Below, one piece after another: positions 60,792 to 64,000 of a stretch of 64,000 bases of DNA. The DNA is from an uncultured bacterium. Its GTDB lineage: Bacteria; UBA8481. How positions within the stretch are numbered: position 1 is the first letter of the stretch; every line of letters starts with the position of its first letter. The notes beneath the pieces are model-generated. The model searched no databases. It worked only from the letters and a program-made list of their open reading frames with translations, and was not told the DNA's origin. The stretch covers positions 45,217-109,216 of the forward strand of contig CAZCME010000013.1 of NCBI GenBank assembly GCA_964499705.1, written 5' to 3'. The translations under genes were made by a program, and so were the position numbers.

Positions 60792-60838
60792 TGCGCGCCA
60801 TGGACGAAGCCGCGGCCGTGCGATAACCTCCGTCGCGG

Positions 60839-63800
60839 ATGGCCTCCAAGGGAACCAAGGGTAAGGAAGCGAAAAAGAGCTCCGCCGCGTCCAAGCGCCT
60901 GCGTGCTCTTCTGTGGGGTTTCCTCATCGGCATCCTCGTCTGCGCTTTCACGCTGGCCGTCGGTACGACGAATTTCGCGAAGAAGACGGAGCTGATCACG
61001 CTCGATCTCCGCTATCGCCAGAGGCCTCCCGTACGTTTTCATCCCGATGTCGGATATATCGACTTCGACGACTCTTCCATCGCGCTCTTCGGCCGCTGGG
61101 TCTGGCCGCGACACCGGATGGTGGCGCTCGTTCGAACGCTCGATCGATACGACGCGCGCGCGGCCGGATACGACGTCTTCTTCACGGAAAAAAACGACGT
61201 TGTCCTGGCCACGGACCGGCTCGCGAGAGAATCCTCCGACACGGGCACCGCGCCTCCTCCCGTGGAGAAGGTCACGGCGGCCTTCCGGGACTACGACATG
61301 GAATTCGAGGAGGCGATCCGCGACGCGGGCAACATGTATCTGGGCCAGTTCATGCCTCAGCCCGACGCGGAAATGGCCGCGGGAAGCCCGACGGAGAGAC
61401 GGGCCAAGATCCAGAACTACATCGACTCCCAGTTCATGCCCACGCGCACGCCGGATCAACTGGCGGCGCTCGTGGTGGCCGAGCAATTCGCCGTCGACGC
61501 CGATTCCGCGATGGACGAGCATCTCTACAAGGCCATCGGCATCACGACGGTGCTGCCCGAACTCTCTCTCGCCGCGGCGGGCGTGGGCTACGCCCAGATC
61601 ATCGAGGATCTCGATCCCGCCGTCCGACTGTATCCCCTCTTCATGTATTTCAACCGAAAGGCCTACCCTTCCATCGCCGTCGTCATGCTCTGCCGGCTCC
61701 TCGATGTGCCGGTGCAGAACATCCGCATCGTGCCGGGCGAGTTCATCGAGTTCCCGAACGCGCTGACCGAGCCTCCGGACCAGTCGGTGCTCGCCGATCC
61801 GGAACACCCCGTCCGGAAGGAAGCGCCCCGCGGGACGATTCGCATCCCCGTGGATCAGCATGGCCAGATGCTCGTCAACTGGGCGGGCTCCTTCATGGAA
61901 CGGGGCCTCCATATATCTTTTCGCAGCATATCAGCCTTCCATGCGCTCGCGCGCTCCAAGGAGATCGCCGGGCGCTACGCCCCCGTGCCCGACTCCTATG
62001 CGCCACTCCGTGACGAAATCTGGACGGCCATCAGCGAGGACAAGCTGGTGACGGACGAGGAAGGCAGGAGACTAGCCGAGGAGATCGCTCTGGCTCACGT
62101 CGTGGAGCCGATGCTGGACGCGGGCGTTTCGCCGGTGGACGCATGGACGACGGTGACATCGGGCCCGGAGCCCATCTGCCCGCCCGAGCCGAACTTGAAG
62201 GACGTCATCACCGCGCTCGACGTCGCTCATCGCGCCCGGGACGGGCAGGACACGACCAGCCCCCTCGGCGAAACCTGGAATCGGGAGATCAGCCGCAACA
62301 TCGCCTTCTTCGCGAAACGCGATCGCCTCCAGGAAGTATCGCCTCTTTATTTTCCACGGCCCTCCTCCGCCATGTGGGACGGAGAGATGAAGGAATTCTC
62401 GCCGGTCGACCTGGAAAACAAGATGCTCATGATCGGACTGACCGGGATCGGCACGATCGATCTGAACCCGATGCCATTCGAGCGCGCCTGTCCGATGGTG
62501 GCGCTGCACACCAACGCCCTGAACACGATTCTCACGAAGCAGTTCCTCCAGTTCCCCGAAAAATCCGACCGTTACATCGCCGTGCTCATCCTGGGGCTGG
62601 GCGCGTCCCTTCTCTGCGCTTTCCTCTCGCCCTCGCAGGCCTTCCTGCTCTGCCTCGCCATGGGAGGCGGCTACACATGGCAGGTCTGGTCCTACTGGCG
62701 CAACGACGGCCGCTGGGTCCCGCTCGTGGAGCCGCTCCTTGCGCTTTCGCTCACCTACGTCATCCACGTCGTCATCGAATTCATCCGCGCGCTCCGCGCC
62801 AAGCAGCAGATCCGCGGCCTCTTCTCGACGATGGTCTCCCCGAACGTCCTGAAGCTCATGGAGCAGAATCCGGACAAGTTCTCCCTGACCGGCGAACGAA
62901 AGCCCGGCACGATGTTCTTCTCCGGGATCGAGGGATTCGGCAAGGTGACGCAGGGTGTCGCTCCGGAGGATCTCTCCGCGATCCTCGGCATGTATCTCAC
63001 GCCGACGAGCGAGATCATCATGGATTACGACGGTTACATCGACAAGTACGAGGGCCATATCATCATGGCCGATTTCGGAGTTCCGCTGGACGATCCGGGC
63101 CACCCGTGGAAGTGCTGCTACTCCGCGATCGAGCAGCAGCAGGATATCGAGGCCTTCCGCGTCTTCGTCGCGGCGCGCTACGGCGAGGACGTCACGGTCG
63201 CCATGGGAATCAACAGCGGTTACGTCTCCGCGGGGAACATGGGCTCGGAGAAAAAAATGCAGTACACTGTGATGGGCGACGCCGTGAACGTGTCGGCCCG
63301 GTTCCGTCCCGCGAACATCATCTACAACACGGGAGTCATCACCGGCGAAGCCACGGAACCGCTCATTCGCGACACGGTCGAGCTCCGCATGCTCGACAAG
63401 CTCCTCCTGAAAGGCAAGACCAAGCCCACGACCATCTATGAAGTGATGGGGTGGAAGGAAGAGAGCTATCTGAAGACGAAGGCGGGAAAACCCGTGCCGC
63501 CGTCGCTCTTTGTCCGCTGGCGAACCTGCCCGCCGGAGAAGGTCTTCGGATATATCCTCTTCTGGCGCAGGCGTGAAAAGGACCACGGAGTCGCTCTCTG
63601 CGGCGAGATCGCGGCGTTCTTCGAATCGGTGGTCCCGATCGCGGAAGAGATCATGATCCACTCCGCGACGCTCTCCATCAGCTCCCTGGATGCCGCCATC
63701 AACCGCGTCGAGGACGCCGTCAGGAGCATCGCTCCGGAATCCTGGTCCACGCCGGATGTTCCGCCGCGACAGGAAGGCGATCCGACATGGATGCAGAAGC

Positions 63801-64000
63801 TCCATCACTGGGCCATCCGCGTGGAGGCGATGGACAAGGTGCTGCACGACGCGCATCACCGCGGAGCCACCTCGCCGGACGGCGTGCCCGCGGTCGTGGA
63901 GCTTTTGATGCAGACCGTCTCTCTCGCCGGCAAGATCCAGCGGCTCCGCGAAAACCTGCCCAGGCAGTCCCGGCTCGGCATCGCCTCCATCAACCGCGCG
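60839..64000 (+). CDS. CHASE2 sensor domain-containing class III adenylate/guanylate cyclase, partial (3' end beyond window)
   Basis: Frame open from ATG 60839 to the window end (no such ORF in the track, consistent with no stop in the window). My translation: MASKGTKGK..., CHASE2-like ITLDLRYRQRPP...YIDFDDSSIALFGRWVWPRHRMVALVRTLDRYDARAAGYDVFF, TM helices, then cyclase domain MFFSGIEGFGKV...MADFGVPLDDPGH...YTVMGDAVNVSARF. Confidence 0.75.
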   Translation, partial: MASKGTKGKEAKKSSAASKRLRALLWGFLIGILVCAFTLAVGTTNFAKKTELITLDLRYRQRPPVRFHPDVGYIDFDDSSIALFGRWVWPRHRMVALVRTLDRYDARAAGYDVFFTEKNDVVLATDRLARESSDTGTAPPPVEKVTAAFRDYDMEFEEAIRDAGNMYLGQFMPQPDAEMAAGSPTERRAKIQNYIDSQFMPTRTPDQLAALVVAEQFAVDADSAMDEHLYKAIGITTVLPELSLAAAGVGYAQIIEDLDPAVRLYPLFMYFNRKAYPSIAVVMLCRLLDVPVQNIRIVPGEFIEFPNALTEPPDQSVLADPEHPVRKEAPRGTIRIPVDQHGQMLVNWAGSFMERGLHISFRSISAFHALARSKEIAGRYAPVPDSYAPLRDEIWTAISEDKLVTDEEGRRLAEEIALAHVVEPMLDAGVSPVDAWTTVTSGPEPICPPEPNLKDVITALDVAHRARDGQDTTSPLGETWNREISRNIAFFAKRDRLQEVSPLYFPRPSSAMWDGEMKEFSPVDLENKMLMIGLTGIGTIDLNPMPFERACPMVALHTNALNTILTKQFLQFPEKSDRYIAVLILGLGASLLCAFLSPSQAFLLCLAMGGGYTWQVWSYWRNDGRWVPLVEPLLALSLTYVIHVVIEFIRALRAKQQIRGLFSTMVSPNVLKLMEQNPDKFSLTGERKPGTMFFSGIEGFGKVTQGVAPEDLSAILGMYLTPTSEIIMDYDGYIDKYEGHIIMADFGVPLDDPGHPWKCCYSAIEQQQDIEAFRVFVAARYGEDVTVAMGINSGYVSAGNMGSEKKMQYTVMGDAVNVSARFRPANIIYNTGVITGEATEPLIRDTVELRMLDKLLLKGKTKPTTIYEVMGWKEESYLKTKAGKPVPPSLFVRWRTCPPEKVFGYILFWRRREKDHGVALCGEIAAFFESVVPIAEEIMIHSATLSISSLDAAINRVEDAVRSIAPESWSTPDVPPRQEGDPTWMQKLHHWAIRVEAMDKVLHDAHHRGATSPDGVPAVVELLMQTVSLAGKIQRLRENLPRQSRLGIASINRA

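Noticed and set aside
60752-63859. ORFs 60752..61912 (-), 60913..62013 (+), 61047..61766 (+), 62072..63859 (-), 62143..63441 (+)
   Set aside because: All overlap the frame that encodes recognisable CHASE2 and cyclase domains and runs open to the window end; these are shadow frames.

Overview
High-GC bacterial chromosomal segment (lineage not assignable from sequence alone), annotated by reading the six-frame translations and the DNA by eye; no searches were run. Most of the window is core genome: hemB (partial), an ATP-cone/uridine-kinase-like fusion, tilS-hpt, a cytochrome bc-type operon (Rieske, split cytochrome b, ~8-haem cytochrome c), a flagellar rod/ring operon (flgF-flgG-flgA-flgH-flgI plus a rod-binding protein), recR, glnD, alaS-ruvX, asnB, infC-rpmI-rplT-pheS-pheT-zapA, and one tRNA-Val(CAC). 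Accessory or unusual content, in rough order of interest: (1) a visibly lower-GC island (~21.1-25.0 kb) with a secreted NHL-repeat protein, a radical SAM/SPASM enzyme and an overlapping 76-aa, 8-Cys peptide ORF, which is the best candidate for an undescribed RiPP-like system; (2) a cNMP-binding / ParA-like / patatin phospholipase fusion in a cyclic-nucleotide signalling neighbourhood (HD-GYP, small cNMP-binding protein, CHASE2-adenylate cyclase running off the window end); (3) a 28-bp repeat family (6 copies, two inverted doublets) next to an IS200-like Y1/RAYT transposase; (4) a translationally coupled STAS + orphan CpaF-like ATPase pair; (5) an unrecognised 515-aa protein coupled to an MBL-fold protein; (6) a perfect 39-bp palindrome shared by the 3' ends of ruvX and asnB. 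Many long ORFs in the supplied track are antisense or out-of-frame shadows typical of GC-rich DNA and were rejected. Start codons are often uncertain.
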